A DNA stretch of 64,000 bases. Origin: Gammaproteobacteria bacterium. GTDB taxonomy: Bacteria > Pseudomonadota > Gammaproteobacteria > Magnimaribacterales > TMED112. The DNA lies in NCBI GenBank assembly GCA_038133485.1, contig JAYPTH010000005.1:247-64246 (forward strand), read 5' to 3'. Below, piece by piece: positions 37,792 to 47,966 of the stretch. Under the pieces are notes generated by a model that had not been told where the DNA came from, searched no databases, and saw only the letters and a program-made list of their open reading frames with translations. Positions within the stretch are counted from its first letter, which is position 1. The number at the start of each line of letters is the position of its first letter. The position numbers were made by a program, and so were the translations under genes.

Positions 37792-39759
37792 ATGAATTTT
37801 GTTGAGGTAGCCCTCCCTGCGCCATTAAGATCAACCTTTACTTATAAAAATCAATTTCCTTCCCTCATCACTGGTAAAAGAGTTGTAGTGCAGTTTGGAA
37901 GAAGAACAATGATTGGGTTAGTTCTGTCTCAATCAGAGAGCAATAATTCACCTTATAAGATAAAAGAAATTTTAGAGGTATTAGATGAAAAGCCTATTTT
38001 TTCAGATGATATGCTCAAAAAAATAATGGCAATATCTGATTATTATTTCCATCCAATTGGGGAAGTAGTTCAGGCCTTCATTCCAAACTTACTCAGAAAA
38101 AGAAAAGATACCAATAGCCTACAGAAATATGAAAACCATGAATCTCCTAAGATCTTGCACAACAAATCTTTAGTCAAGCTAACAGATGAGCAAGAACTTT
38201 GTCTTAGATCCATAATGCATTCTAAGAACAGGGAATTCTTGTTATTTGGAGTTACTTCTTCTGGGAAAACAGAAGTTTATAAACACTATATTCATCAATT
38301 ACTAAACTCCGGGAAAAGTAGCTTGGTTCTCGTACCTGAAATTTTTTTAACACCTCAGGTTTTTGAAAGCTTTCAAAAAGATTTTGGTGAGCAGGTATGT
38401 GTTTTTCACTCAAGTTTAACTGAACTCCAAAGATACAAAGTTTGGTTGAGATGTAGCAGCAAAGAGCCAATAGTAGTTATTGGTACAAGATCTGCCATAT
38501 TTCTTCCCCTAACGAATTTTGATGCAATTATCTTTGATGAAGAACATGATCAATCATTTAAGCAGCAGGAGGGATTTAGATATGATGCAAAATTTCTTGC
38601 AAGCACCCTAGCTCCAGACAATGCAAAAATTATCTATTCATCAGCCACTCCTTCCTTGTCCTTAATTAAGAAATCAGATTCAAAAGAAATTGGTTTTTTT
38701 CATCTTGATAAACGTTTTGGAAATTTTAAAAAACCCAACATCAATATTCATTCAATAAATAAACAGAAATTAATTAGTGGAGTTAGTGATGAATTATTAA
38801 CAAAAATTAGCAATACATTAGATGAAGGCAAGCAAGCTCTCATATTGTTGAATAGAAGAGGTTATGCAACTGTTTTTTTCTGTGATGGTTGTGGCTGGAT
38901 TGCAAAGAGTAATTGTTGTGATGTCGAACTCGTATATCATTCATCTGATCGCAGGCTTAAATGTCATAGATGCGATTCCTCATGGGGGCTGCCACCTCTA
39001 TGTCCAGAATGTGGCCATGATGAATTTGAATTTAGAGGTGTTGGCACTCAACAGATTGAAGAAATGCTTACCAAAAGATTCCCCAATTATAAAATAATCA
39101 GAATTGATAGAGATTCTGTTTCAACCAAAGCAAAAAGAGAATCCAGTAGAGATAAAATTAATGATAATGAGCCCAAAGTTTTCGTTGGTACACAGTTGCT
39201 AGCCAAAGGGCATGATTTTTCAAACCTTGCAACAATTATTGTCTTGAATTTGGATTTTGGTTTTTTTGGTGCAGACCTGCATATGCAAGAACAAACAGCG
39301 CAGCTTTTGGTACAAGTAGCAGGTAGAGCTGGCAGAAGAAACAACCATTCAGATGTTTATTTACAATCAAGACTTTCTGATCATCCATTATTGCAGAAAT
39401 TAAAATCTGGCGATTATGCTCAAGTTGCAGAGTTAATGCTAAAAGAGCGAAAGCAATTAGGTTTATTGCCTTATATTCATCTTGTATACCTTAAGGCTGA
39501 AGATTCTAACCAAGAGCGATTAACTAATTTTTTACTTAACGCTAAAAAAATACTATCTAAGGAAGATTTAGAGGTCTATGGACCATTTGAAAGCCCAATA
39601 GCCAAGCAAGGTTATAAATATAGAAAGTTCTGCATCATACAGTCTGAAAATAAAGACAGACTGCTAGGAGAAATAAAATTTTTTGCAGAGAATTTAAAAA
39701 AAGAAAAAAATGTTGTTTCTGGCTGGGTTCTAGATATTGACCCTATCAATGCTAGCTAG
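37792..39759 (+). CDS. priA: Primosomal replication restart helicase PriA
   Basis: Walker A GVTSSGKTEVY, DEEHD, Cys-rich zinc region CDGCGW..CHRCDS..CPECG, helicase C QVAGRAGR. Confidence 0.92.
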   Translation: MNFVEVALPAPLRSTFTYKNQFPSLITGKRVVVQFGRRTMIGLVLSQSESNNSPYKIKEILEVLDEKPIFSDDMLKKIMAISDYYFHPIGEVVQAFIPNLLRKRKDTNSLQKYENHESPKILHNKSLVKLTDEQELCLRSIMHSKNREFLLFGVTSSGKTEVYKHYIHQLLNSGKSSLVLVPEIFLTPQVFESFQKDFGEQVCVFHSSLTELQRYKVWLRCSSKEPIVVIGTRSAIFLPLTNFDAIIFDEEHDQSFKQQEGFRYDAKFLASTLAPDNAKIIYSSATPSLSLIKKSDSKEIGFFHLDKRFGNFKKPNINIHSINKQKLISGVSDELLTKISNTLDEGKQALILLNRRGYATVFFCDGCGWIAKSNCCDVELVYHSSDRRLKCHRCDSSWGLPPLCPECGHDEFEFRGVGTQQIEEMLTKRFPNYKIIRIDRDSVSTKAKRESSRDKINDNEPKVFVGTQLLAKGHDFSNLATIIVLNLDFGFFGADLHMQEQTAQLLVQVAGRAGRRNNHSDVYLQSRLSDHPLLQKLKSGDYAQVAELMLKERKQLGLLPYIHLVYLKAEDSNQERLTNFLLNAKKILSKEDLEVYGPFESPIAKQGYKYRKFCIIQSENKDRLLGEIKFFAENLKKEKNVVSGWVLDIDPINAS

Positions 39760-40194
39760 AAAATCTTGACAATTAGTTTCAAATTCTAAGAATCTAATAT
39801 TTTTATCCATGATAATTCTTATGCTAATTACTTTTCCTTGAAGTTCTTTTGAAATAATATCTGGCCATTCAACAAAAATAACCCCTGGTTTGCTGTAATT
39901 AATCTCGAGCCCTAACATTTCAAAATCATTTAAATTTTCAAGTCTGTATAAATCTGCATGGAAGATATCTTTATCCATTAATGTATATTCTTCAACTATG
40001 CTAAATGTCGGGCTTTTAACTGATTTATTCCAGCCTAGATCTTTTAAAATGTATCTTACAAGTGTTGTTTTACCCGTCCCAAGATTGCCATACAAAAGAA
40101 AAGTACAAAAGTTATTACTATTTCGAATATAGTCAGCAATTACTGTTGCAATTGCTTCTGTATTTTGGAGACTGACAAGTTTAAATTTCATCAA
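39730..40194 (-). CDS. tsaE: tRNA threonylcarbamoyladenosine biosynthesis ATPase TsaE
   Basis: YGNLGTGKTTLVR P-loop, SPTFSIVEEY and HADLYRL motifs. Confidence 0.9.
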   Translation of the reverse strand: MMKFKLVSLQNTEAIATVIADYIRNSNNFCTFLLYGNLGTGKTTLVRYILKDLGWNKSVKSPTFSIVEEYTLMDKDIFHADLYRLENLNDFEMLGLEINYSKPGVIFVEWPDIISKELQGKVISIRIIMDKNIRFLEFETNCQDFLASIDRVNI

Positions 40195-40844
40195 AAAATT
40201 TGAGGACTAAGATTAACATATTCTTTGCCCACTATTTCTCTATTTAGGTGATCAATAAGAGTTTGGTAGTCGCTTTGTTTGGAAACAAAATCCATATTCT
40301 CAACATTGAGAACTAGTAAAGGAGAACTGGAGTAATCAAAGAAAAATTCTGTATACATTTCACATACCCTTTGTAAATATTCTAGAGATAATTTCTCTTC
40401 ATAACTTTTGCCTCTTGACTTGATTCTTTCATAAATGCTCTTGGGAGATGCTTGCAAGTAAATTACTAAATCTGGCTTTGGGTTAAAATTATAGAATTTA
40501 GACTTGATTGAAAGAAAAGTTTTATATTCATTTGAAGATAGGTTCAGTTTTGCGAAAAGGTCTTCTTTCTGAAAGATAAAATCTGAAATAATTCTTTTAT
40601 CTATCAGTTCATCTGAAAAGTACTTATTTATTTGCTGAGATCTTTGCATAACGAAATGAATCTGAGTGGTGAATGCATGCTTCTCTCTATCTTGATAAAA
40701 ATCTTTCAAGAAGGGATTCTCATCAGGCTCTTCAAGGCATAGTTCATATTGAAAATCACCAGCTATTCTTTCTGCTAGTGAAGTCTTGCCAACTCCTATA
40801 GGGCCCTCTATGGCCAGATATTTAGGAAGGTGTAAAGAGCTCAT
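40191..40844 (-). CDS. Deoxynucleoside kinase family protein
   Basis: IEGPIGVGKTSLA P-loop, E..NPFL and a dNK-like lid (ERIKSRGKSYE). 217 aa. Confidence 0.75.
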   Translation of the reverse strand: MSSLHLPKYLAIEGPIGVGKTSLAERIAGDFQYELCLEEPDENPFLKDFYQDREKHAFTTQIHFVMQRSQQINKYFSDELIDKRIISDFIFQKEDLFAKLNLSSNEYKTFLSIKSKFYNFNPKPDLVIYLQASPKSIYERIKSRGKSYEEKLSLEYLQRVCEMYTEFFFDYSSSPLLVLNVENMDFVSKQSDYQTLIDHLNREIVGKEYVNLSPQIF

Positions 40845-42052
40845 CTTCTTTTTCTTAAATTAAGTAGCCTTATTTTTTTATCGTAGTTGGCCGTTTTAAA
40901 TTCTTTCCACCAATCAATTTTCTCAACTAGCCCAGGCTCCAATATCTTTCGAATGAGTAAAAAATCATATGCAGCCCTAAACCTCAAGCTTTGCGAAAAG
41001 CTAATGGATTTTTTTCCTATTTTATTGAATCTAACCTGGTACATCCAAACATCTTTTATAAAACTAGTAAACCTTCTGGGGACGGCAGTAATTAATTGTT
41101 GTCTCCTAATTACATTAGCAGTTGTTTGGTAAAATTTTCTGAAATTTATTTTTTTATCAATCTCTGATTCTTCAAAAATCTTAGGCCAAAGTAATGTAGC
41201 AAATAAAAAGCCTGGATTTAGTGTTTTATTATTGTGAAATCTTTGATCAGTGTCTCTTAATGCACTTTCAAAAAATTGATCATAATTTGTGTTTAGATAA
41301 TTTGTATGCGGAAACAATATTTCAAAAATGCCTAGTTCCTTCAGTATTTTGTATGATCTTTCACCATGTCCCAGCAAGAATAATTTTATGACTTCTTCGT
41401 AGACTCTAGCAGGGGGCATTTCTGTAATCTGCGCTTTATATTTTTTTATAATTGGTAAAGCTCTTTTTTCGATTGAGAAATCAAGCTTAGATGCAAACCT
41501 TACTGCTCTAAGTATTCGTATTGGATCTTCCTTTATTCTTTGTTCAGGGTTACCAATAAACTTTATAACCTTCGTCTTAAGATCTTTAACGCCTGCTGTG
41601 TAATCGATAACTTCTTTGGAAAATGGGTTGTAATATATAGAGTTGATTGTGAAATCACGCCTAAATACATCTTCTTCTTGAGTGCCCCACATATTATCTC
41701 TAATAATTCGACCACCATCATTTATTTGAATTGATTCTTCATCTTCATTTTTACCTGATCGAAATGTGGTTGTTTCTACAACCTCATTGGGGAAGGTGAT
41801 GTGAACCAGCTGGAATCTTCTTCCAATTATTCTCGAGTTTTTGAAGAGTTTTCTTATTTCATTTGGTTGGCAATTAGTGACTATATCAAAGTCTTTTGGT
41901 TTAAGTCCTTTTATTAAATCTCTAATACCTCCACCAACAATATATGCATCAAACCCTTCTTTCTGTAGTTTGGCAATTACACTTAATGCGTTTTTTGAAA
42001 GTTGGTCAGAATTTACTCCAAACCTTTTTTCGCTATAAATCTCGGGTGTCAC
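40841..42052 (-). CDS. pcnB: Poly(A) polymerase I
   Basis: YIVGGGIRDL..KDFDIVT nucleotidyltransferase head and RDFTINS motif. GTG start. Confidence 0.88.
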   Translation of the reverse strand: MTPEIYSEKRFGVNSDQLSKNALSVIAKLQKEGFDAYIVGGGIRDLIKGLKPKDFDIVTNCQPNEIRKLFKNSRIIGRRFQLVHITFPNEVVETTTFRSGKNEDEESIQINDGGRIIRDNMWGTQEEDVFRRDFTINSIYYNPFSKEVIDYTAGVKDLKTKVIKFIGNPEQRIKEDPIRILRAVRFASKLDFSIEKRALPIIKKYKAQITEMPPARVYEEVIKLFLLGHGERSYKILKELGIFEILFPHTNYLNTNYDQFFESALRDTDQRFHNNKTLNPGFLFATLLWPKIFEESEIDKKINFRKFYQTTANVIRRQQLITAVPRRFTSFIKDVWMYQVRFNKIGKKSISFSQSLRFRAAYDFLLIRKILEPGLVEKIDWWKEFKTANYDKKIRLLNLRKRR

Positions 42053-43036
42053 TTAGGCGCTCTTAAAGTTCCGAATAATCTCAGCATATTTATTTTTAGA
42101 TAATCTTGGGCTCTTTTCTTGAACTATGATTGATGAAGCAAAGTTCCCAAATCTACAAGCTTCAAAAAAATTATCACCTTTTATTATTTTATGTAATGCT
42201 GAGCCTGCAAATATATCTCCGGCGCCATTTGAATCAATTGCTTTGACTTTATACGGCTCAATCATCTGAATCTCTTGATTAGAATATGCGGTAGAAGCTT
42301 CCGACCCATTAGTAACCACAAAATTATTTGCAATCTTAGGCAACTCATTAATAAAATCTTCCCCTACAAGAGATTTAGCTTCTTCAAGGTTGCAAAATAA
42401 ATAATCTATCCTCTTTAAATTGATTACATTTTCAACCCTATCTCTAAAGTTTTCTATAACAAAAGGATCCGATAAGCTTAAGGCAAACTTTACATGACTT
42501 TTTGCAGACTTAAGAATTCTGATGAAAGCCTCGTAATTCTCAGTTGAAGTGAATTGATACCCTTCAGAAAATAAAATTTTTGCTTGGTTAACATGCTCTA
42601 TAAATATGGGATCAAATTTAAGTTGTTCAGATGCACCAAGGTATGTCCCCATAGTTCTCTCACTGTTTGGTGTTATAAGCACCAAGCATCTTCCCGTCTT
42701 GAATGATGTATGGTGAAATTGATTAAGCGAAATAATTTCATTTTGACTGAGATCATTTTCATATAATTGGCCTTTTGCATCTGCTCCTAGCTGACAGATA
42801 TGACCACATATGGACCCATAATTAGCTGCAGCTGCCAGACTGTTTGTGGTTGATCCTCCACAAACAATTTCAGGCCCGCTTCCATCTGGCACTGAATCGA
42901 TTATCTTCTCTTGTTCTTCGTGGGTGAGGGGATGGAAATGATTGAAAGGTAATCCAGTTGAATCAACAAAATCTCTTTGAACATAATATGTCTCATCAAC
43001 CAGTGCATTCCCAACTCCAACTATATCAAAATTCAT
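42053..43036 (-). CDS. PfkB-family carbohydrate/nucleoside kinase (adenosine kinase-like)
   Basis: N-terminal GNALVDE, GGSTTNS and C-terminal DSNGAGDIFAG ribokinase-fold signature. Confidence 0.8.
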   Translation of the reverse strand: MNFDIVGVGNALVDETYYVQRDFVDSTGLPFNHFHPLTHEEQEKIIDSVPDGSGPEIVCGGSTTNSLAAAANYGSICGHICQLGADAKGQLYENDLSQNEIISLNQFHHTSFKTGRCLVLITPNSERTMGTYLGASEQLKFDPIFIEHVNQAKILFSEGYQFTSTENYEAFIRILKSAKSHVKFALSLSDPFVIENFRDRVENVINLKRIDYLFCNLEEAKSLVGEDFINELPKIANNFVVTNGSEASTAYSNQEIQMIEPYKVKAIDSNGAGDIFAGSALHKIIKGDNFFEACRFGNFASSIIVQEKSPRLSKNKYAEIIRNFKSA

Positions 43037-44322
43037 TTTTTAATTTTTTTAAAAATTCTGTGAGCTATTTTAGCTGTTTTAGATAGTTGTTGCTCTGAAT
43101 GTTCACTTGATAAAAAGCAACTTTCAAAAGCTGAAGGAGGCAAATAAATATTTTCATGCAGCATCCCTTTGAAAAAGTTAACAAACATTTCTAAATCAGA
43201 TTTCTGTACATCATTAAAATTCTTTGGCAATGAATCTGAGAAGAAAAATCCAAACATGCCGCCCCTAATATTTGATGAAAATGGTATTCCTTCTTGTGAT
43301 GCATAAGCTGTTAGCTGATCAAGAAATATTTGCCCTTTAGACTCTAGTTCAGCATAAAGTTTTTTATTCTTAAGTTGTTTTAATAAGGCTGTACCAGCAC
43401 TTACAGCTATTGGATTCCCAGACAAAGTTCCAGCCTGATATACCGGACCATCTGGAGCTATATGATTCATTATTTCCGCTCTCCCTCCATATACTCCAAC
43501 GGGCAAACCTCCTCCCACAATTTTACCCAATGCAGTCAGATCGGGAGTAACTCCAAATAATTCTTGAGCTCCACCTCTTGCTACTCTAAAACCTGTCATG
43601 ACTTCATCATAGATAACTAGGGATCCATTTTTCTGACTTAAGGAATTTACAAGGTTTATAAAATCTTTTTCAGGTTCCACAAAACCCATATTGCCTGCAA
43701 TTGGTTCAATTATTACCGCAGCAATTTTTTCTCCATATTTTTTAAAGGCTGCTTCAAGATCCTCAGTTGAGTTATATGTTAAGGAAAGAGTTAGCTCAGA
43801 AAGCTCTTCAGGTATACCAGGCGAATCAGGTAATCCTAATGTCGCTACTCCAGATCCAGCCTTAACTAATAAAGAGTCAACGTGACCATGGTAACAACCA
43901 GTAAATTTTATGATTAACTTCCTATTAGTAAATCCTCTGGCGAGCCTAATGCAACTCATTGTTGCTTCCGTACCTGAATTCACCATTCTTATTTTTTCCA
44001 TGCTAGGGAAATAAGCCTTGATGATTTTTGCAATTTCTAATTCATTTTTTGTTGGAGCGCCAAAGCTAATCGCTTTGCTGGCTTGTCTTTTGATAGCATT
44101 GATAATATTTTTATTTGAGTGTCCTAGTACCATGGGCCCCCATGAACCTACAAAATCTAAGTACTTATTGCCATCCTCGTCATAGAGATAGGAACCTCTA
44201 GCTTTTTTAAAGAAAATTGGGGTTCCCCCTACACTTTTAAAAGCACGAACTGGCGAATTAACTCCACCTGCAATGTATTCTTTAGATTTTTTAAATAAAA
44301 GTTCTGAATTTTTAGTTTTCAT
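43033..44322 (-). CDS. hemL: Glutamate-1-semialdehyde 2,1-aminomutase
   Basis: GGVNSPVRAF, VNSGTEA, YDEVMTGFR, LGKIVGGG (PLP Lys) and GTLSGNP motifs. Confidence 0.94.
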   Translation of the reverse strand: MKTKNSELLFKKSKEYIAGGVNSPVRAFKSVGGTPIFFKKARGSYLYDEDGNKYLDFVGSWGPMVLGHSNKNIINAIKRQASKAISFGAPTKNELEIAKIIKAYFPSMEKIRMVNSGTEATMSCIRLARGFTNRKLIIKFTGCYHGHVDSLLVKAGSGVATLGLPDSPGIPEELSELTLSLTYNSTEDLEAAFKKYGEKIAAVIIEPIAGNMGFVEPEKDFINLVNSLSQKNGSLVIYDEVMTGFRVARGGAQELFGVTPDLTALGKIVGGGLPVGVYGGRAEIMNHIAPDGPVYQAGTLSGNPIAVSAGTALLKQLKNKKLYAELESKGQIFLDQLTAYASQEGIPFSSNIRGGMFGFFFSDSLPKNFNDVQKSDLEMFVNFFKGMLHENIYLPPSAFESCFLSSEHSEQQLSKTAKIAHRIFKKIKK

Positions 44323-44938
44323 GCCAAATTTCTATTAAGTTTTTACTATTTCTATAGATTCTATCTTTTTGAGAAAAGATAGCATCACATATTGCTGCCA
44401 TGGTAAAACCTGCACGTTTTACTTGTTTAAGATTTATATGATTTATTCCGCCAATAGCAACAGATTTTGTTTGTTTATCTAGTTTATTAGCAAAATACAT
44501 AGGTTCTTTTGGTTTTGTAAGCATCGCTTTTGTTTGTGTGTTGAAAACTGGACCATAAGAGAAGTATGAGAAATCACTATAAATTTTACGTGATGGTAAC
44601 TTAAGATTATGATGGCAGCTTATCCCTATAAATTTAATGTTAGTACAATTTAAAAAAAAATTATTGGTATTATTCTGGCCAATATGAAGACCACAGTTTA
44701 AAAGCTCTGCTAGCTCGTAGCTGTCATTGACAATTAAGGTCTTATTATGACTTTTACATAATTTCTGTAGTTTCTCAGCATCTTGAACAATCTCATCAAA
44801 ATTTTGATTGGCTGAAAATCTATACTGCAAGAGATCAATGCCTGCATCTAGAGCTGCTGCGGCTGAATCAATCAGCTCATTACCTTTTATGCTTTTAGGA
44901 GTAATGGCGTAGATTCCGTTAGTAATTTTTATTGCCAT
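44312..44938 (-). CDS. thiE: Thiamine-phosphate synthase
   Basis: GIYAITP, LLQYR, LIVND, GISCH, YGPVFNTQTK and VAIGGI motifs of the TMP-TENI fold. Confidence 0.8.
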   Translation of the reverse strand: MAIKITNGIYAITPKSIKGNELIDSAAAALDAGIDLLQYRFSANQNFDEIVQDAEKLQKLCKSHNKTLIVNDSYELAELLNCGLHIGQNNTNNFFLNCTNIKFIGISCHHNLKLPSRKIYSDFSYFSYGPVFNTQTKAMLTKPKEPMYFANKLDKQTKSVAIGGINHINLKQVKRAGFTMAAICDAIFSQKDRIYRNSKNLIEIWHEN

Positions 44939-45348
44939 TTAAATACCGATAAAAAGATTATCGGAATCAGAATTAAAACAACAACCTCATTTATTAGCTT
45001 GTAATGCAAAATTGATCTAATTTTTAAATCTTTTTGTCTTTGGTGTTCATAAAACAAAAAACCGTTATAAAGAACAAGAAATGCTACCAACATAATTTTT
45101 GTTTTAAACCAAAATGTTTCTAGAAGTTGTAATGCTTGTGCAAACATCAGCGCTCCAAAAATAATTCCTAATAATCCCAGCGGAGTTGTAAAGAACAGAA
45201 GCCTTTTTTGTTGCTCAACGTAGACAGAAGTATACTTTCTTTTTGTATCTTCAGCCGCATATACAAATAATCTAGGTATATAGAAAAGGCCTGCCATCCA
45301 GGAAATAATCAGAATAATATGCAGCGATTTGAAGATAAGATAATCCAT
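44929..45348 (-). CDS. hemJ: Protoporphyrinogen IX oxidase HemJ (UPF0093)
   Basis: 139 aa, 4 TM, N-terminal KSLHIILIISWMAGLFYIPRLFVY with the conserved His. Confidence 0.8.
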   Translation of the reverse strand: MDYLIFKSLHIILIISWMAGLFYIPRLFVYAAEDTKRKYTSVYVEQQKRLLFFTTPLGLLGIIFGALMFAQALQLLETFWFKTKIMLVAFLVLYNGFLFYEHQRQKDLKIRSILHYKLINEVVVLILIPIIFLSVFKWQ

Positions 45349-45394
45349 TAAATAAATTATACGGGATAAACTATTCTGCTAAAATTATATTGCT

Positions 45395-45742
45395 ATGACA
45401 CTTCAATCAAAAAAAGCCAACCCTTTTAAGCTTTCTAGCTCTGCTGTAGAAAAGATTCATCATCTTTCTCAAACTGAGGAAAATAAATTTTTTAGAGTAT
45501 ACGTTACAGGAGGTGGCTGTTCAGGCTTTCAGTATGGTTTTAAATTTGATGAATATGATCAAGATGAAGATGCAATCCTTGATTTTGATGATGGCATAAA
45601 AGTCCTATTGGATGAACTTTCTTATCCTTATATTCTGGGTTCAGAAATAGATTTCGTTGAAGATTTAATGGGAGCTAAATTTACAGTTAGCAATCCTAAT
45701 GCCAAATCAACATGTGGATGTGGCGCCTCCTTTTCTATTTAA
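45395..45742 (+). CDS. erpA: Iron-sulfur cluster insertion protein ErpA (A-type carrier)
   Basis: GGGCSGFQY and C-terminal CGCGASFSI Cys ligands. Confidence 0.9.
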   Translation: MTLQSKKANPFKLSSSAVEKIHHLSQTEENKFFRVYVTGGGCSGFQYGFKFDEYDQDEDAILDFDDGIKVLLDELSYPYILGSEIDFVEDLMGAKFTVSNPNAKSTCGCGASFSI

Positions 45743-46703
45743 AGGCTAACCCCAGACCTAAATGAGCTAAGTAGGCAAAAGCTGCTCCTTCGACGTATTC
45801 TGTTGGCAAAATATATTCAGATGTTTTAAATTCGCCAATGCTTTGCTTTATTTTATTCATCAGAAAATTATTTTTTATGCCTCCTCCATGCAGTATTAAG
45901 TTAGATGGCCTATTACAATAATCATGGAATTCTCTTATCTTTAATGAGGTAAGTTCTGCAAAAGTTGCAAGAAGGTCTTCTGCTTTGTATTGGTTGCAAT
46001 TAAATTGATCATAAATCTTTGTGTACTGTGTTATATCATCAGCTCGAGGATATGAAAGATTGCTTAGGAGATTAGTGCTTTTTTCAAGAAGCTCATCTAT
46101 GCAATGACCTTGAGAAGCAAGGATACCCTCATTATCAAATTGCCCAAGTTCATTTTTGAGCATAACTAGGTCCATTAAACAATTTCCTGGCCCAATATCG
46201 GTTCCTATCAGAATCTCACCCTTTTTAAGGTAAGTTCCATTAGCAATACCACCTATATTGATTATTAATGAATCTTGCTTCTTATCACCAAATAAGTATG
46301 CATGGAAGGGAGGGATTAAGGGCGCACCTCGTCCACCTCTTTTAATATCTTCGTTTCTAAAGTCAGAGAAAACTGTCATTCCTAATGCTCTAGCGATCTT
46401 ATCTGGATTTCCTGCTTGAACACTTAATTTATCGTTATGTGAAATAGTTTGGCCTGAAAATGCAACTCCACTAATATCATTTTTATCGAGACCAGATTTT
46501 TCAATTATGCAATTAACTAATTCAATACTTACAGTAGTAATTTCCTGGTCTAAAAATTGAATATCATCTGATGATTTATATTTGTCATTAAATGACATGG
46601 TCTCACCACAAATAAAATTAAAACCATCACTAAAATCAACAAGACATCCATCCAAGCCATCTTTACTCGTGCCTGACATAAGACCAATAAATTTTTGCTT
46701 CAT
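45735..46703 (-). CDS. anmK: Anhydro-N-acetylmuramic acid kinase
   Basis: IGLMSGTSKDGLDG N-terminus, NIGGIAN, GPGN and GGG..N motifs. Shorter (322 aa) than typical AnmK. Confidence 0.85.
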   Translation of the reverse strand: MKQKFIGLMSGTSKDGLDGCLVDFSDGFNFICGETMSFNDKYKSSDDIQFLDQEITTVSIELVNCIIEKSGLDKNDISGVAFSGQTISHNDKLSVQAGNPDKIARALGMTVFSDFRNEDIKRGGRGAPLIPPFHAYLFGDKKQDSLIINIGGIANGTYLKKGEILIGTDIGPGNCLMDLVMLKNELGQFDNEGILASQGHCIDELLEKSTNLLSNLSYPRADDITQYTKIYDQFNCNQYKAEDLLATFAELTSLKIREFHDYCNRPSNLILHGGGIKNNFLMNKIKQSIGEFKTSEYILPTEYVEGAAFAYLAHLGLGLAFK

Positions 46704-47938
46704 TATATGCCTGATAGATTGGCAATTAGTTTAGTTCTTCGTTCAGCAAGCTGATTAAAGTACTCTTTGTTATAGGAATTTATTGATTGTGCATTCGGCG
46801 GCTCAACCTTAATTGGATCAGTAGGCTTTCCATTAATATGGAATTCATAATGAAGGTGAGGACCTGTAGCAAGGCCAGTAGAGCCAACATAGCCGATAGT
46901 TTGGCCTTGCTCTACTTTAGCACCCTTTTTTATTCCTTTAGCAAAACCATCTAGGTGGGCATATCTAGTCATATATTTATTGAAGTGTGTTACGTCAATA
47001 TGATAACCATATGAGTCAGAATAAGACGCATTTTTTATAACACCATCGCCAGTAACCTTCACTGCTGTTCCAGTTTTAGCAGCGTAATCAGTTCCTTTAT
47101 GAGCTCTGATAGTATTTAAAATTGGGTGCTTTCTTTTTGGATTGTAATGGGAGCTTATTCTTGCAAATTCAATCGGAGTCCTCAAAAAAGCTTTTCTTAC
47201 ATTAGAACTATCTAGAGAGTAATAATCCTTCCTCCCTCTTTGTGTAAATCTTATAACAGAAAGCTTTTCACCTTTATTGATAAAATCTGCAGCCAAAATA
47301 TCACCATTGGCTATAAGCCTGCCATCAGAATAGATGTTTTCATATAAGATTTTGACTTTATCACCGTTTCTAATATCAAAAGCATAATCGATATCCCAAC
47401 CAAAAATATAGATTAGGTCACCAAGCACACTATCTGGCACCTCCGCTTTTTTGCCAGAAGCATACAAAGAGTCGGTAATTACAAACTCTTTGTAATAAGC
47501 AATTCGTTCAAGGCTTTCTTTTTGCTTTTCAAAGCTGTACCCATCATCATCGATTGTTAGCACATCAACATAAAAGTCGTCATCAAATCTTTTTATTTCA
47601 AATTTATTTTCAACAGATGTAATAAATATCTCATCGTTAATTTTAAATTTTGTAAAATCCCGCACTTTTTTATCGGCTGCAATCTTATTAATAAATACAG
47701 AATCAATCCCTAAATTTATTAAGGTTGAGTAGAAGGTATCTCCTGATTTAATCTTTATTCTTGTCTCATTTGGCAGTTGGAATTCTTCTGCAGCATAACT
47801 TTCAGCAAGCATTAAAGGTGTAATTTCTTGAGTCGTGTCGGTTTTTCTAAAATCAACATCTGCTGCTAATAAAAATATAAACAGCACCGGTAGAAACAAA
47901 ATGCTGATAATTAATTTAAACTGGGAGCCAACGTACAT
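46703..47938 (-). CDS. M23 family metallopeptidase (MepM/YebA-like murein endopeptidase)
   Basis: N-terminal TM, OapA/LysM-like region, M23 catalytic HKGTDYAA and GLATGPHLHYEF. Confidence 0.88.
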   Translation of the reverse strand: MYVGSQFKLIISILFLPVLFIFLLAADVDFRKTDTTQEITPLMLAESYAAEEFQLPNETRIKIKSGDTFYSTLINLGIDSVFINKIAADKKVRDFTKFKINDEIFITSVENKFEIKRFDDDFYVDVLTIDDDGYSFEKQKESLERIAYYKEFVITDSLYASGKKAEVPDSVLGDLIYIFGWDIDYAFDIRNGDKVKILYENIYSDGRLIANGDILAADFINKGEKLSVIRFTQRGRKDYYSLDSSNVRKAFLRTPIEFARISSHYNPKRKHPILNTIRAHKGTDYAAKTGTAVKVTGDGVIKNASYSDSYGYHIDVTHFNKYMTRYAHLDGFAKGIKKGAKVEQGQTIGYVGSTGLATGPHLHYEFHINGKPTDPIKVEPPNAQSINSYNKEYFNQLAERRTKLIANLSGI

Positions 47939-47966
47939 GTTCTGATATTATATATAAAGCTTCGTT